Source: Candidatus Poseidoniaceae archaeon (GTDB taxonomy: Archaea > Thermoplasmatota > Poseidoniia > Poseidoniales > Poseidoniaceae). From it: a stretch of DNA of 64,000 nt. This document shows, one piece after another, positions 46,153 to 55,353 of the stretch. The position numbers and the translations under genes were made by a program. Location of the stretch: positions 596,053 through 660,052 of the forward strand of contig CALSTM010000003.1 of NCBI GenBank assembly GCA_943789275.1, read 5' to 3'. The notes beneath the pieces are model-generated. The model made no database searches and was not told where the DNA came from. It saw nothing but the letters and a program-made list of their open reading frames with translations. Each line of letters opens with the position of its first letter. Within the stretch, counting starts at the first letter, position 1.

Positions 46153-47069
46153 AGAACCTCTTGGTTCACATGAAATTAATATTTGTCGTCATCGTTTGGG
46201 GTTTTGGCTGGCCTGCTGGTCGTGTGATTGCACAAGACATTGCCCCGTTTGCAGCCTCATGGATTCGTTACGTCGTCGCTGTCGCTTTGTTTGTGATTTA
46301 CCTCAAACTCTCCAGTCAGTGGATGATTCCTACTCGAGGTGAATGGAAAAGAATTGCTTGGATCGGTTTTTTTGCAACCTGTCTGTATCAGGCCTTCTTC
46401 ATGGTTGGAATGAAATACACCGCAGCCGGCGACGCATCTTTGATGATTACCTTCAATCCCTTTTTCACTGCCGTTCTTGCCATTTTCTTCCTCAATGAAG
46501 CGATGCACTGGCGACTCGGTGCGGGTATTGCTCTGGGTCTAGCAGGTGTAACCGTTCTCTTTCTCTACTCACCAAACGTCGACATTCCGTTCTATGAACG
46601 GGCACTTGGTGATGTTCTCATCGCAGGTGCTGCCTTTGCGTGGGCTTGCAACTCCATCCAAATGAAAATTGCAATGACAGAACCGGCCGTAGATTCGGAC
46701 CGTTGTCTCTCTCCGTTGCAGCTCACCGTCTGGTCCTCTGTGATTGGCCTGGTGATGTTGACTCCAATCGCAGCAGTTGAAACTGCAGTTATGGGGATTC
46801 CTGAACCGTCGTTTGATGGTTGGGTTGCCATTCTATTCCTTGCCATCTTCTCGACCGTTGTTTCGTACGTTTGGTTTGCTGACGGTATACTTACCATCGG
46901 GGCAGGTAAAAGTGCCTTGTACGTCTATCTTGTACCCATCTTCGGCATTTACAGCGGCTATTTACTGCTTGACGAGAAACTCGGTGCTTCGCTTCTGGTT
47001 GCCTTCGTGTTGATTGTCGGCGGTGTTGCGCTTGCCCAAAGCAAGCAACACGCTGTCAAGGAAGCATGA
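46149..47069 (+). CDS. EamA/DMT-family (drug/metabolite) transporter.
   Basis: A 306-aa protein with 10 predicted TM helices in the two-EamA-domain pattern. Its start overlaps the previous stop by 4 nt (ATGA). Confidence 0.75.
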   Translation: MKNLLVHMKLIFVVIVWGFGWPAGRVIAQDIAPFAASWIRYVVAVALFVIYLKLSSQWMIPTRGEWKRIAWIGFFATCLYQAFFMVGMKYTAAGDASLMITFNPFFTAVLAIFFLNEAMHWRLGAGIALGLAGVTVLFLYSPNVDIPFYERALGDVLIAGAAFAWACNSIQMKIAMTEPAVDSDRCLSPLQLTVWSSVIGLVMLTPIAAVETAVMGIPEPSFDGWVAILFLAIFSTVVSYVWFADGILTIGAGKSALYVYLVPIFGIYSGYLLLDEKLGASLLVAFVLIVGGVALAQSKQHAVKEA

Positions 47070-47094
47070 TGAAGTCCGGCCTGTTGGGTCACGC

Positions 47095-47982
47095 ATGGAG
47101 ATTCGTTGCGTAGCGGTTATCGGCGCAGGAACAATGGGTGCTGGAATTGCACAAGTTTGTGCTCAAAGCGGTTGGAAAACGAACCTGTTTGACGCCTTTC
47201 CGGAAGGGTTGGAGCGAGGTATGGCTCGAATTGATGCATTTTGGGACAAGGGAATCGCTCGAGGTAAGACGACTCTTGAGCAAAAGGAGTCGTGGAGTGC
47301 GAACCTCCACGCTGTATCGAACATGGCTGAGGCAGTAGCGCAGGCAGACATGATCATCGAAGCAGTTCCAGAAATACCGGACTTGAAACACTCCATTTTT
47401 GCCGAATTGGACAAACTTGCTCAACCTCATGCCATACTTGGTACAAACACTTCATCGCTCTCCATTGCAGATATTGCGGCAGCGACTTCTCGCCCTGAAA
47501 GCGTCATTGGTATGCATTTCTTTAATCCAGTTCCAATCATGAAGTTGCTCGAACTCGTTCGACATGATTCGACCAGTGAACATACAGTTGCAGTTGCTCA
47601 AGCAGCCGGTGCTGCAATGGGTAAAACGACAATTCTTGTCAAAGACATCCCAGGGTTTGCGACCAGTCGACTTGGCGTTGTTCTTGGAAACGAAGCCATC
47701 CGTATGCTGGCCGATGGTGTTGCGAGTGCCAAAGACATTGACACTGCAATGGTACTCGGCTACAAACATCCAATGGGACCGTTGGCCCTAACCGATTTGG
47801 TTGGTCTTGATGTGCGCCGTGATATTCTCAAGAATTTACAAACCTCGTTCAACGATGATGCCTATGCACCCCATCCGATGTTGGAAAAACTCGTCGCCTC
47901 AGGCCGTTTGGGTAAGAAATCCGGTAAGGGGATCTACGATTGGTCCACCGGCGAGGCAGTTGAGACTGAGCTACCTGAATGA
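47095..47982 (+). CDS. 3-hydroxyacyl-CoA (3-hydroxybutyryl-CoA) dehydrogenase.
   Basis: The N-terminus VAVIGAGTMGAGIAQV carries the NAD-binding motif. Also present are ...EAVPEIPDLKHSIF...TNTSSLSI...GMHFFNPVP...ELV... and the C-terminal dimerisation block YKHPMGPLALTDLVGLDV. Confidence 0.88.
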   Translation: MEIRCVAVIGAGTMGAGIAQVCAQSGWKTNLFDAFPEGLERGMARIDAFWDKGIARGKTTLEQKESWSANLHAVSNMAEAVAQADMIIEAVPEIPDLKHSIFAELDKLAQPHAILGTNTSSLSIADIAAATSRPESVIGMHFFNPVPIMKLLELVRHDSTSEHTVAVAQAAGAAMGKTTILVKDIPGFATSRLGVVLGNEAIRMLADGVASAKDIDTAMVLGYKHPMGPLALTDLVGLDVRRDILKNLQTSFNDDAYAPHPMLEKLVASGRLGKKSGKGIYDWSTGEAVETELPE

Positions 47983-48803
47983 TTCAGTTCATAGCCGCAG
48001 TGTTTGCAATGTTTTGCGTTTGAGTCGTGGCCTTCTTTGGAACACTGCATGCAAGCACGAGTGCTGAAATCTCCAGCCTTGATGAGTTCGGTTGAGATAA
48101 TTCCTGTCGGGACGATGATGAGGCTGTATCCCATGATCATAATGAATATCGCCAGCACTTTGCCAACTGGAGTCAACGGGACGGTATCTCCGTATCCGGT
48201 ACTCGTCAAGGTTACAATCGCCCAATAGACGCTTTGGGGAATGGAAGTGAATCCGTTTTCAGGCCCTTCAAACAGGTACATGCCGGCACCGGTAATAAAA
48301 CTGAGAATGGTGACCGTGGTCAAGAAGACAATAATTCTTGAACGTGATTCGAGAATTGCAGCACCGAGTATCGATGCTTCGCCGACGTATCGGGTGAGTT
48401 TGAACACTCGAAAAACTCGGAGCAGACGCAGTGCACGGATGATGAGAAGGCTTTGAGCTCCGGGGATGAAAAAGCTCAGGTAGGTTGGAAGAATTGCCAA
48501 AAGGTCCACTATTCCGAAGAACGAGGTTGCGTACTCTATCGAATGGCGAGTGATGTAGAGGCGCGTGAAGTATTCAATGGTGAACAAGATGGTGAAAAAC
48601 CATTCAGCAAAAACCAATTCTGTGTGGTACTGTGAATTGATGCTGTCCACACTTTCAAGCGAGACCGCGATAATCGAGCCAATAATGGATACGAGTAATG
48701 CTGCATCAAAGTAGGTGCCGTACTTGGTATCGGCTTCAAATATGATTTCGTGCATTTTTTCCCGAAACGATTTTTCTTCTACCGTTTCAGACACGAACTT
48801 CAC
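47934..48803 (-). CDS. Voltage-gated K+ channel (6-TM Kv/KvAP-like) with a C-terminal Cys4 zinc-ribbon.
   Basis: The S4 arginine ladder is LRALRLLRVFRVFKLTRY. The selectivity filter is TLTSTGYGDTVP. The C-terminus is CMQCSKEGHDSNAKHCKHCGYEL. Confidence 0.85.
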   Translation of the reverse strand: MKFVSETVEEKSFREKMHEIIFEADTKYGTYFDAALLVSIIGSIIAVSLESVDSINSQYHTELVFAEWFFTILFTIEYFTRLYITRHSIEYATSFFGIVDLLAILPTYLSFFIPGAQSLLIIRALRLLRVFRVFKLTRYVGEASILGAAILESRSRIIVFLTTVTILSFITGAGMYLFEGPENGFTSIPQSVYWAIVTLTSTGYGDTVPLTPVGKVLAIFIMIMGYSLIIVPTGIISTELIKAGDFSTRACMQCSKEGHDSNAKHCKHCGYELNHSGSSVSTASPVDQS

Positions 48804-49588
48804 TCCTTGTGAAACACTGGCTTACGCTTGTCAAGAAAGGCAGTCACGCCTTCTTTGAACGCTTCAGTCGTTCCTGCTGCCTCGATGAGGGTGCGTTCAT
48901 GGTTGAGGTGGGATTCGAAATCCTGTGACGATTGGACATGAAGTAAATGCTTGGTTGCTTCTTTGGTGTGTTCGCCCCATTGACTCCATCGAGCAGCCAT
49001 AGAACACGCTGCGTCAACGAGTCTGTCTGCATCAACAAGAGCATCTGCTGCACCAACGGCTACGCATTGCTCTGCATTCCAAATTTCGTTTTCCAAAAAG
49101 AACCGTCGTGAGACCTGTTCGCCGACCAGCCGAGGAAGGAGCCATGTTGTCCCACCATCCGGTGAAAGTCCCATGCCAGCATAGGATGCAGCCATTTTCG
49201 CTTGAGGCGAGGCGATACGAGCGTCACACGCTAGAGCCAGTCCAAGGCCACCACCTGCACTTGCACCGTTGAGGGCTGCAATGGTGATGGTTGGTGATTG
49301 CCGCATTCGTATCAGCAGTGGGTGAAGGATTCCTGTAAGGTCACGAATCAACTGAGGCGCTTCTTTGTCTTCAATCGATTGAGCGAAGGCATTGATGTCA
49401 GCACCTGCAGAGAAGAACTTCCCTTCTCCAGTAAGGACCAACGCTCGGACGTTTGGGTGAGTGAGTCCAGCATCGATGGCTTGGACGATGTGCGGTAAGA
49501 ATTCACGAGAAAACGACTGCGTTGCCGATGGACCAGAGAATTGAATGAGACGAATGCCGTTTTCCAAATCGGTAGATTCTATTGCCAT
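48800..49588 (-). CDS. Enoyl-CoA hydratase/isomerase (crotonase) family protein.
   Basis: VLTGEGKFFSAGADI...ALNGASAGGGLGLALACDARIA is the crotonase signature. Confidence 0.8.
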   Translation of the reverse strand: MAIESTDLENGIRLIQFSGPSATQSFSREFLPHIVQAIDAGLTHPNVRALVLTGEGKFFSAGADINAFAQSIEDKEAPQLIRDLTGILHPLLIRMRQSPTITIAALNGASAGGGLGLALACDARIASPQAKMAASYAGMGLSPDGGTTWLLPRLVGEQVSRRFFLENEIWNAEQCVAVGAADALVDADRLVDAACSMAARWSQWGEHTKEATKHLLHVQSSQDFESHLNHERTLIEAAGTTEAFKEGVTAFLDKRKPVFHKE

Positions 49589-49597
49589 TGTGATCCC

Positions 49598-51034
49598 TCA
49601 AAGTTTGACGTTGACGTTCTTCACCTTGGTGTAGAATCGCAATGCATCTTTGCTTTGCTCTATCCCGATGCCGGATTGTTTCCAACCGGTAAATGCAGTT
49701 TGTGGGAAGGTAATTGGGTACTCGTTAATGGAGACCATGCCGCTTTCCAAATCACGAGCCATCGAATGAGCACGGCTCAAGTTCTGCGTCCAGATGCCGT
49801 TGAGAAGGCCAAACGGTGAGTCGTTCGCAAGGGCGAGTGCTTCAGCATCATCGCTGAATGAAGTGACGGAGAGAACTGGGCCAAACAATTCCTCATTGAA
49901 CAGAAGATTGGAACTGTCAACACCGGTGATAACGGTTGCTTCCATGAAAGCGCCTTCACCTTCGATGATGTTTCCACCGCATACCACTTCTCCACCCATG
50001 GCGAGTCCTGCTTGTAATTTTTCCATGACTTCAGCACGGTGATTTTCGTGAACCAAACTGCCAATTCGTACGCCTTCAGACATACCAGGGCCGACTTTCC
50101 ACTTGGCGACTTCAGCCACGACTGCTTCGACCAACTGGTCATGAACATCTTCGTGAACAATGAGTCGAGAACCAGCCCAGCACATTTGTCCAGCGTTCAT
50201 GAATATGCCAAAGCAGATGGCTTTAGCAGCGTAGCGAAGGTTGGCGTCAGCAAACACGAGGTTTGCTCCTTTTCCACCGAGTTCAAGAGTCACTGGAGTG
50301 AGGTTTTCACTGGCCTTGGCCATGACCGTTTGACCGGTTGGTACACCGCCCGTAAGGACGATTCCGTCCACACCCTTGTGGCCTGCTAAAGCGTCTCCAA
50401 TCAGTCCACCGGAGCCGGTGATCACTTGGAGAACGCCGGTTGGAAGGCCGACTTCTGCTTCTTCCATGGCCTTGGCCCATGCCAAGAGTGACAGCGGAGT
50501 CCACGATGCGGGTTTGGCAATCACGGTGCATCCTGCTGCCAGTGCAGGTGCAATGGAACGGATGGCCAGTTGAAGTGGAAAGTTCCACGGAACGATGTGA
50601 ACGGTAACGCCGAGCGGTTGTCGCAGGGTGTAGTTGAGACGGTTACCCGGAACAGGAATGGTACTGCCTTCGATTTTATCAGATAGACCTGCAAAGTATT
50701 CCAGTGTCCATGCACCGTAGCGAATTTCAGATAGGGCTTCACGGAACGTCTTACCGTTGTTGTTGGATTCTATGGCTGCCAGTTCCTTGGCTTTCGCATA
50801 GGTGGCTTGTGCCATTTTATTGAGGATTCGTCCACGCTGAGCAGGGTCCATTGCTTTCCATGATGGGTCTTCGAACGCTGCACGAGATGCGTCAACGCAA
50901 CGGTTGACGTCGGCGAGAGTTGCTTTGGGTGTTGTCGCCATAACTTCGCCCGTAGCAGGGTTCAGAATATCGGCCGTCGTTCCATCTTCAGCATCACACC
51001 ATACTCCAGCAATTGACATCTGTTCTGCGCTCAT
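49598..51034 (-). CDS. NAD(P)-dependent aldehyde dehydrogenase.
   Basis: The ALDH catalytic blocks ELGGKGANLVF (Glu) and FMNAGQMCWAGSRLIVHE (Cys) are present, as is a GxGxxxG-like GSGGLIGDAL motif. The ATG at 51034 is chosen, and the ORF track extends to 51100. Confidence 0.85.
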   Translation of the reverse strand: MSAEQMSIAGVWCDAEDGTTADILNPATGEVMATTPKATLADVNRCVDASRAAFEDPSWKAMDPAQRGRILNKMAQATYAKAKELAAIESNNNGKTFREALSEIRYGAWTLEYFAGLSDKIEGSTIPVPGNRLNYTLRQPLGVTVHIVPWNFPLQLAIRSIAPALAAGCTVIAKPASWTPLSLLAWAKAMEEAEVGLPTGVLQVITGSGGLIGDALAGHKGVDGIVLTGGVPTGQTVMAKASENLTPVTLELGGKGANLVFADANLRYAAKAICFGIFMNAGQMCWAGSRLIVHEDVHDQLVEAVVAEVAKWKVGPGMSEGVRIGSLVHENHRAEVMEKLQAGLAMGGEVVCGGNIIEGEGAFMEATVITGVDSSNLLFNEELFGPVLSVTSFSDDAEALALANDSPFGLLNGIWTQNLSRAHSMARDLESGMVSINEYPITFPQTAFTGWKQSGIGIEQSKDALRFYTKVKNVNVKL

Positions 51035-51125
51035 GAACTGCCCAAGTGCTGTCCCCTCAAAGGCATTCGCTTTGGCAAGACAAGCACAAAGGATGCTCAA
51101 GCAACGGTAAAGGGCGAAAAGACTC

Positions 51126-51818
51126 TTGAAGCAGATTCATTGTGCTTTGTCCATGGCTCGAAATGTAAGTTTGGCTGATGCTGCTGCTCGAACCATTGCT
51201 GACCGAGCACCGAGATTGTTGGTTGTGGCAGGAGCAACCGGAACAGGGAAATCCACTGCCTCGGTTCAATTGGCGGCTGAGAACAACTTCGCACGGCTTC
51301 TTTCAACCGATGCAATACGAGAAATTATGCGTTCTTGCGATGAAGAGCGCAGCCAGTCAGCCCTCCACCGTTCATCCTTTTCACGTGGTGATTCAGGTGA
51401 GCCTGTCCTTGATTGGATGGAAACATGCAAAGCTGTGGAAACTGGAATCATCGCTACGATTGATCGAGCTCGTCGTGAAGGCATCGACTTGATTATCGAA
51501 GGCGTACATATCAATCCAAGTGAACGCTTACTGCGCAGTTGGCGCGAGGCCGGTGGAATTGCAATTGGCCTTGTTATGGCCGTCGGTGAGGAAGACCGTC
51601 ATCGTTCGATGATTCGTTCCCGAGAAGCCCATTCGTTTCGACGTGCAGACCGTTACTTGGCAGCCTTCCCTCGAATTCGCGCCATACAAGACGGGTTAAT
51701 CGAGCGAGCTAAAATTGCATCTTGGCCAATCGTTGATTTATCCCGCGTCAGTAAAGATACTGAACGCATCAAGCACCTCATGGACCTTGCTTGGAACGAA
51801 CACACGCAGCGTCGTTAG
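51126..51818 (+). CDS. P-loop kinase resembling archaeal 2-phosphoglycerate kinase.
   Basis: Walker A motif VAGATGTGKSTASVQLA followed by STDAIREIMR, which is characteristic of the 2-PGK family. Confidence 0.5.
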   Translation: MKQIHCALSMARNVSLADAAARTIADRAPRLLVVAGATGTGKSTASVQLAAENNFARLLSTDAIREIMRSCDEERSQSALHRSSFSRGDSGEPVLDWMETCKAVETGIIATIDRARREGIDLIIEGVHINPSERLLRSWREAGGIAIGLVMAVGEEDRHRSMIRSREAHSFRRADRYLAAFPRIRAIQDGLIERAKIASWPIVDLSRVSKDTERIKHLMDLAWNEHTQRR

Positions 51819-52264
51819 GCGTGCGTGATGTCAAACGCCAACTGTACAGTCATCATTACTGAACCGTCAGATATGCCGAGTTCCGCTTCAAAGTGAAGTG
51901 TGCTCGCTGAAGTTTCGTTGACCTGCATTCCGATGAGTTTGATTTCAATACCCCTCAACTCGCCATGATAGAGCATGTCGTTGTGGACGCTTTGGAATGC
52001 CGTTTCTCCGGCTTCAAGCGGTTCCAGACCACCGTCAATCCACAACTGTGTTCGTGCTTCAGTAAGTTCCGGAACGGCATCGGCCACTTCCAGCGAGGTC
52101 ACCAGCACTCCGTCGGAAGCCGTGTCATGGGGCATGGTAAGCCCAGCAACTTTGACGCCAAAGATGGCCATCGACAGCAGCGACATCAGCAAGACCACAC
52201 CGGTTGCCAGCAGCATTTGTGCAGCATCTCTGTCTTCTGTTGAGCGATCATGGAGCGTGCGCAT
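51815..52264 (-). CDS. Type-IV-pilin-like (class III signal peptide) protein, possibly a minor pilin or FlaF/FlaG-like.
   Basis: The N-terminus ...EDRDAA|QMLLATGVVLLMSLLSMAIFGV has a charged region, then Ala-Gln, then a ~20-aa hydrophobic helix. It lies in a tight operon with the secretion ATPase and membrane platform genes. Confidence 0.4.
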   Translation of the reverse strand: MRTLHDRSTEDRDAAQMLLATGVVLLMSLLSMAIFGVKVAGLTMPHDTASDGVLVTSLEVADAVPELTEARTQLWIDGGLEPLEAGETAFQSVHNDMLYHGELRGIEIKLIGMQVNETSASTLHFEAELGISDGSVMMTVQLAFDITHA

Positions 52265-52710
52265 CAGGCACCACCTCCACGGTTCCAGACGTCAAGCGTA
52301 ACCGTCCATGCGTGTTCATCGATGGACAGCAAGTGGTGAACAGTTACCGTTTCACCGGCGGGTGTCCCCGTATTCCCGTACGGAGCAGAAGTGCCGCTGT
52401 TCTGTGCTAACCAGCAGTTGGATTCTTTTCCTGCGACGATGTAATCCTGGAGCAGTTGGCACGCTTCGTCCAATTCTCCGTTTTCGAGTAATTCACTCAA
52501 GCGATTCTCACCCGAGATTTCTGCTTCAAGTCCAATACCGTATCGAAAGGCATCATCTCCAGCGATTTCCAGCGCTGCATCATGAGCGACCGAGGGTGCA
52601 TCCGGCACTTGAATTCGAATCAAGAAGGTTGCCGACATGAAAAACAGCCAAAACAGCGTCAACATCTCGAGGATGTGGATTTGCGCTTCTTCGTTTTGAC
52701 GCATTCTCAA
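52264..52710 (-). CDS. Type-IV-pilin-like (class III signal peptide) protein.
   Basis: The N-terminus ...RQNEEA|QIHILEMLTLFWLFFMSATFLI shares the same architecture. Its start abuts the stop of the upstream TadC-like gene. Confidence 0.4.
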   Translation of the reverse strand: MRMRQNEEAQIHILEMLTLFWLFFMSATFLIRIQVPDAPSVAHDAALEIAGDDAFRYGIGLEAEISGENRLSELLENGELDEACQLLQDYIVAGKESNCWLAQNSGTSAPYGNTGTPAGETVTVHHLLSIDEHAWTVTLDVWNRGGGA

Positions 52711-54345
52711 TCACCCGAAGAACAGCGGCGAAGGAACGAACGTACCCGTAGACGGATTGAGACCTGGCACTTCGGTGATACCGATAAGGTTCGGTGTGAA
52801 CGCTAAGAAGTTGAACACGACAATGGACACGAGAATCATCATTCCCGAGTGCTTGAATCCAGTTGAGAATCGACCGGTTGACATGAGGCCCGCCATTGTA
52901 CCGTTACCGACCGCCTGCATGGTGACACCGTAATAGAACACCGTCAGGAAAAACAACGGGTCAATGTTACGAATCGTCATGTTACCGATGGTTTGACCTC
53001 CACTGTCACCACCGTCTTCACCGCTGGAGTTCGAACCGGCAATGGCAGGAATAAAGACCACAGCAAGTGTAACAATAACCCCGAGGAAAACGAAGTATGA
53101 TGTCCAAATAACCGCAATATACGAACCGATTGCACGCTTTCGTTCTCCTTCTAAGAACTTCAATTCTCGAGAGTCGTTTGCCGCAGTGACAAGGATATCC
53201 GAAATCTTACCACCTGCGCGGTCTGCTTCAGCAATAAGAGCAATCGCACGTTGAACCAGAGGCGTTCCTACACGGTCAGCAAATTGTTTGATGACATCAC
53301 TGAACTTGATACCCCAACTGAGTTGGTCGGACATTTTCTTGACTTCGTCATTTAACGCTCCGTATTCGGAGGTCGCCAGCGTTTGAATTGCAACGGTCAT
53401 CGAAAGACCACCCTTCCAGTATTCTGCCAAGTCACGAAGGAAATCGGGGAACTTTTCTTCGACTTCGTTCTTTGCGTTCTCGACCCGTTCCCAGTAGTAG
53501 GACGCAGGATACAAGAGGAAAAAGAACGTCATCCCGAAGAAGTTGAGGAAAATGAACGGCCGTATGGATTTGGGCCCGAGATTGACTTCAGGGCCAAGCC
53601 AGTACGATTTGTTGTTCATGTTCGATGGAATGCCATCGTAGTAGTGGACAGTGACATCAAACGTCATTTCTGATATTCGCTTCCCTTCTTCTTGGGAAAA
53701 GGCAACAAGTTCGTATCGTTTTTCCGCAGGAATATGATCAAGGGTGATGCCACAACCGTCGTTATCGGGATTGTTATCGGTATCTGTAGTGCCTTGGTGG
53801 GTTGCAAGGACTTCACCGCTTTGGGAGCGAATAGCGATGATGTAGTCGGTTGGTGTATCTGCATCAACGCTGCAATTGAGCCAAAGAGGCTGGAGTACGA
53901 CGATACCGGCAATCTGGTCCGAGTTTACGCCAGGGACGTCGAAGTTCTTGCCTTGTTTGGAAAATGTTCTCCATTCTTCGTTTGCCCATACCACACGGTC
54001 AGGTTCATCCTGAAGAATCGAACACGATTGATTTGCGGAGTAATCCGGTTTAATGTTCGTGTTGAACTTATCTCCCATTGAATTGCCTTGAGAATCTTCA
54101 GCGGTCATACCACAGTACAGGTTGGTGAACATTGGCTCACCGTTTGCAGTTGGAATGAATCCCGAATTGGTGGCCCAAACAGCTCCAGTGACCAAGCCTA
54201 AGAAGATGGAAACGAAAAGAATGGCATACAGTTTTGTGAGGGTGGAGTCGTCCTTCGGTAGGTCAAGTTTGACGATAATTTTATTCTTCTTTTTTGCCAA
54301 CTTCTCACCTCCTCTCACATTTCTTGTTCTTTGCTGCTTGTCCAA
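52711..54345 (-). CDS. TadC/FlaJ-like type IV pilus or archaellum assembly membrane protein (T2SSF domain) with a large N-terminal extracytoplasmic insertion.
   Basis: The C-terminal T2SSF-like block is WKGGLSMTVAIQTLATSEYGAL...LVQRAIALIAEADRAGGKISDIL, flanked by TM helices. The N-terminus has one TM followed by a ~230-aa hydrophilic domain. Confidence 0.7.
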   Translation of the reverse strand: MDKQQRTRNVRGGEKLAKKKNKIIVKLDLPKDDSTLTKLYAILFVSIFLGLVTGAVWATNSGFIPTANGEPMFTNLYCGMTAEDSQGNSMGDKFNTNIKPDYSANQSCSILQDEPDRVVWANEEWRTFSKQGKNFDVPGVNSDQIAGIVVLQPLWLNCSVDADTPTDYIIAIRSQSGEVLATHQGTTDTDNNPDNDGCGITLDHIPAEKRYELVAFSQEEGKRISEMTFDVTVHYYDGIPSNMNNKSYWLGPEVNLGPKSIRPFIFLNFFGMTFFFLLYPASYYWERVENAKNEVEEKFPDFLRDLAEYWKGGLSMTVAIQTLATSEYGALNDEVKKMSDQLSWGIKFSDVIKQFADRVGTPLVQRAIALIAEADRAGGKISDILVTAANDSRELKFLEGERKRAIGSYIAVIWTSYFVFLGVIVTLAVVFIPAIAGSNSSGEDGGDSGGQTIGNMTIRNIDPLFFLTVFYYGVTMQAVGNGTMAGLMSTGRFSTGFKHSGMMILVSIVVFNFLAFTPNLIGITEVPGLNPSTGTFVPSPLFFG

Positions 54346-55334
54346 ACCAATATGGCGTAAGCAATGTGAATCATTGGTACAAACCCGAGGACAATACCAT
54401 AGAGCATACCTTCAGACATTTGAGCACCGCTACCGGAGACCCAGAACATGATGACCAGCATGACAATCAGGAACAGCGGCATAGCCACAGCGACGACAAT
54501 GTACGATTCTGCCAGAAGCGCAATCGATTCAAGGAACATCTGAAGGCGTGTTCGGTTTTCACGCATGTAGTGCTCTGCACGGTTAAGGAAATACAATTTC
54601 AGTTGACCACCAGCAGTCAATGTACCAACCATGCCTTGGAAGAACTCCGTTAACCAAACGGATGCGGCTCGATCGACGCTCATTTTCATGGCCGTGATGA
54701 GGTCATAGCCAAGCAAGGTAACATCTCTGTACACCATGGCAGCGTCGTCTGCGACGTCACCGTAGATGTCTTTGTTCATGGCAAGAGAGCGGAAAATCTT
54801 GGAAGGTGTTGCGTTTGCCGCAGACATTGCAGCGGTATAGGATGCAGCGTAAGGAAGGTACTTCTCAATCATAGCACCTCGTCGTGCAGCCTCTCGGGCT
54901 GCTCCACCCTTGTTGTACTTGAAAGCGCCATAGGGAATAATCAATCCACCAAGAGCAATGATGAGTGTTTTGAGGATTGGTGGGAAGACTTGGTATGCAA
55001 ATCCATCGCAACCGTTTCCTGGTTTGTTCGGGTCAACCAAATCTTGATTCCAGTACTCCCACTCGAAACAGTAGTCGATGGTCGCAGGGTCTTGGATGCT
55101 CTCCCAATAGGCAATGACGCCGATATCTGGGATGAAAAACAGCGAGACGAACCCCCATGAAACCAGCGTAATGGCAATGGTTGTCATGATTGCAGTAGCA
55201 AGATAGACTTCTGGCATAATCGGCATAGCGCCTTTGACCAGGCTCTTTGCGAGCTCTTTGTCGCCACGAGCACGCTTACGCAAGAATCGACCGAGAAAAC
55301 GGTTGCAAATCCTTTGCCACGTGGTTAAGTCCAT
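54315..55334 (-). CDS. TadB/FlaJ-like pilus assembly membrane protein (T2SSF domain).
   Basis: Typical T2SSF topology with a cytoplasmic helical domain (...KYLPYAASYTAAMSAANATPSKIFRSLAMNKDIYGDVADDAAMVYRDVTLLGYDLITAMK...) between TM helices. It overlaps the downstream gene by 31 nt. Confidence 0.7.
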   Translation of the reverse strand: MDLTTWQRICNRFLGRFLRKRARGDKELAKSLVKGAMPIMPEVYLATAIMTTIAITLVSWGFVSLFFIPDIGVIAYWESIQDPATIDYCFEWEYWNQDLVDPNKPGNGCDGFAYQVFPPILKTLIIALGGLIIPYGAFKYNKGGAAREAARRGAMIEKYLPYAASYTAAMSAANATPSKIFRSLAMNKDIYGDVADDAAMVYRDVTLLGYDLITAMKMSVDRAASVWLTEFFQGMVGTLTAGGQLKLYFLNRAEHYMRENRTRLQMFLESIALLAESYIVVAVAMPLFLIVMLVIMFWVSGSGAQMSEGMLYGIVLGFVPMIHIAYAILVWTSSKEQEM

Positions 55335-55353
55335 CGAATCACTCCACTTTTGT

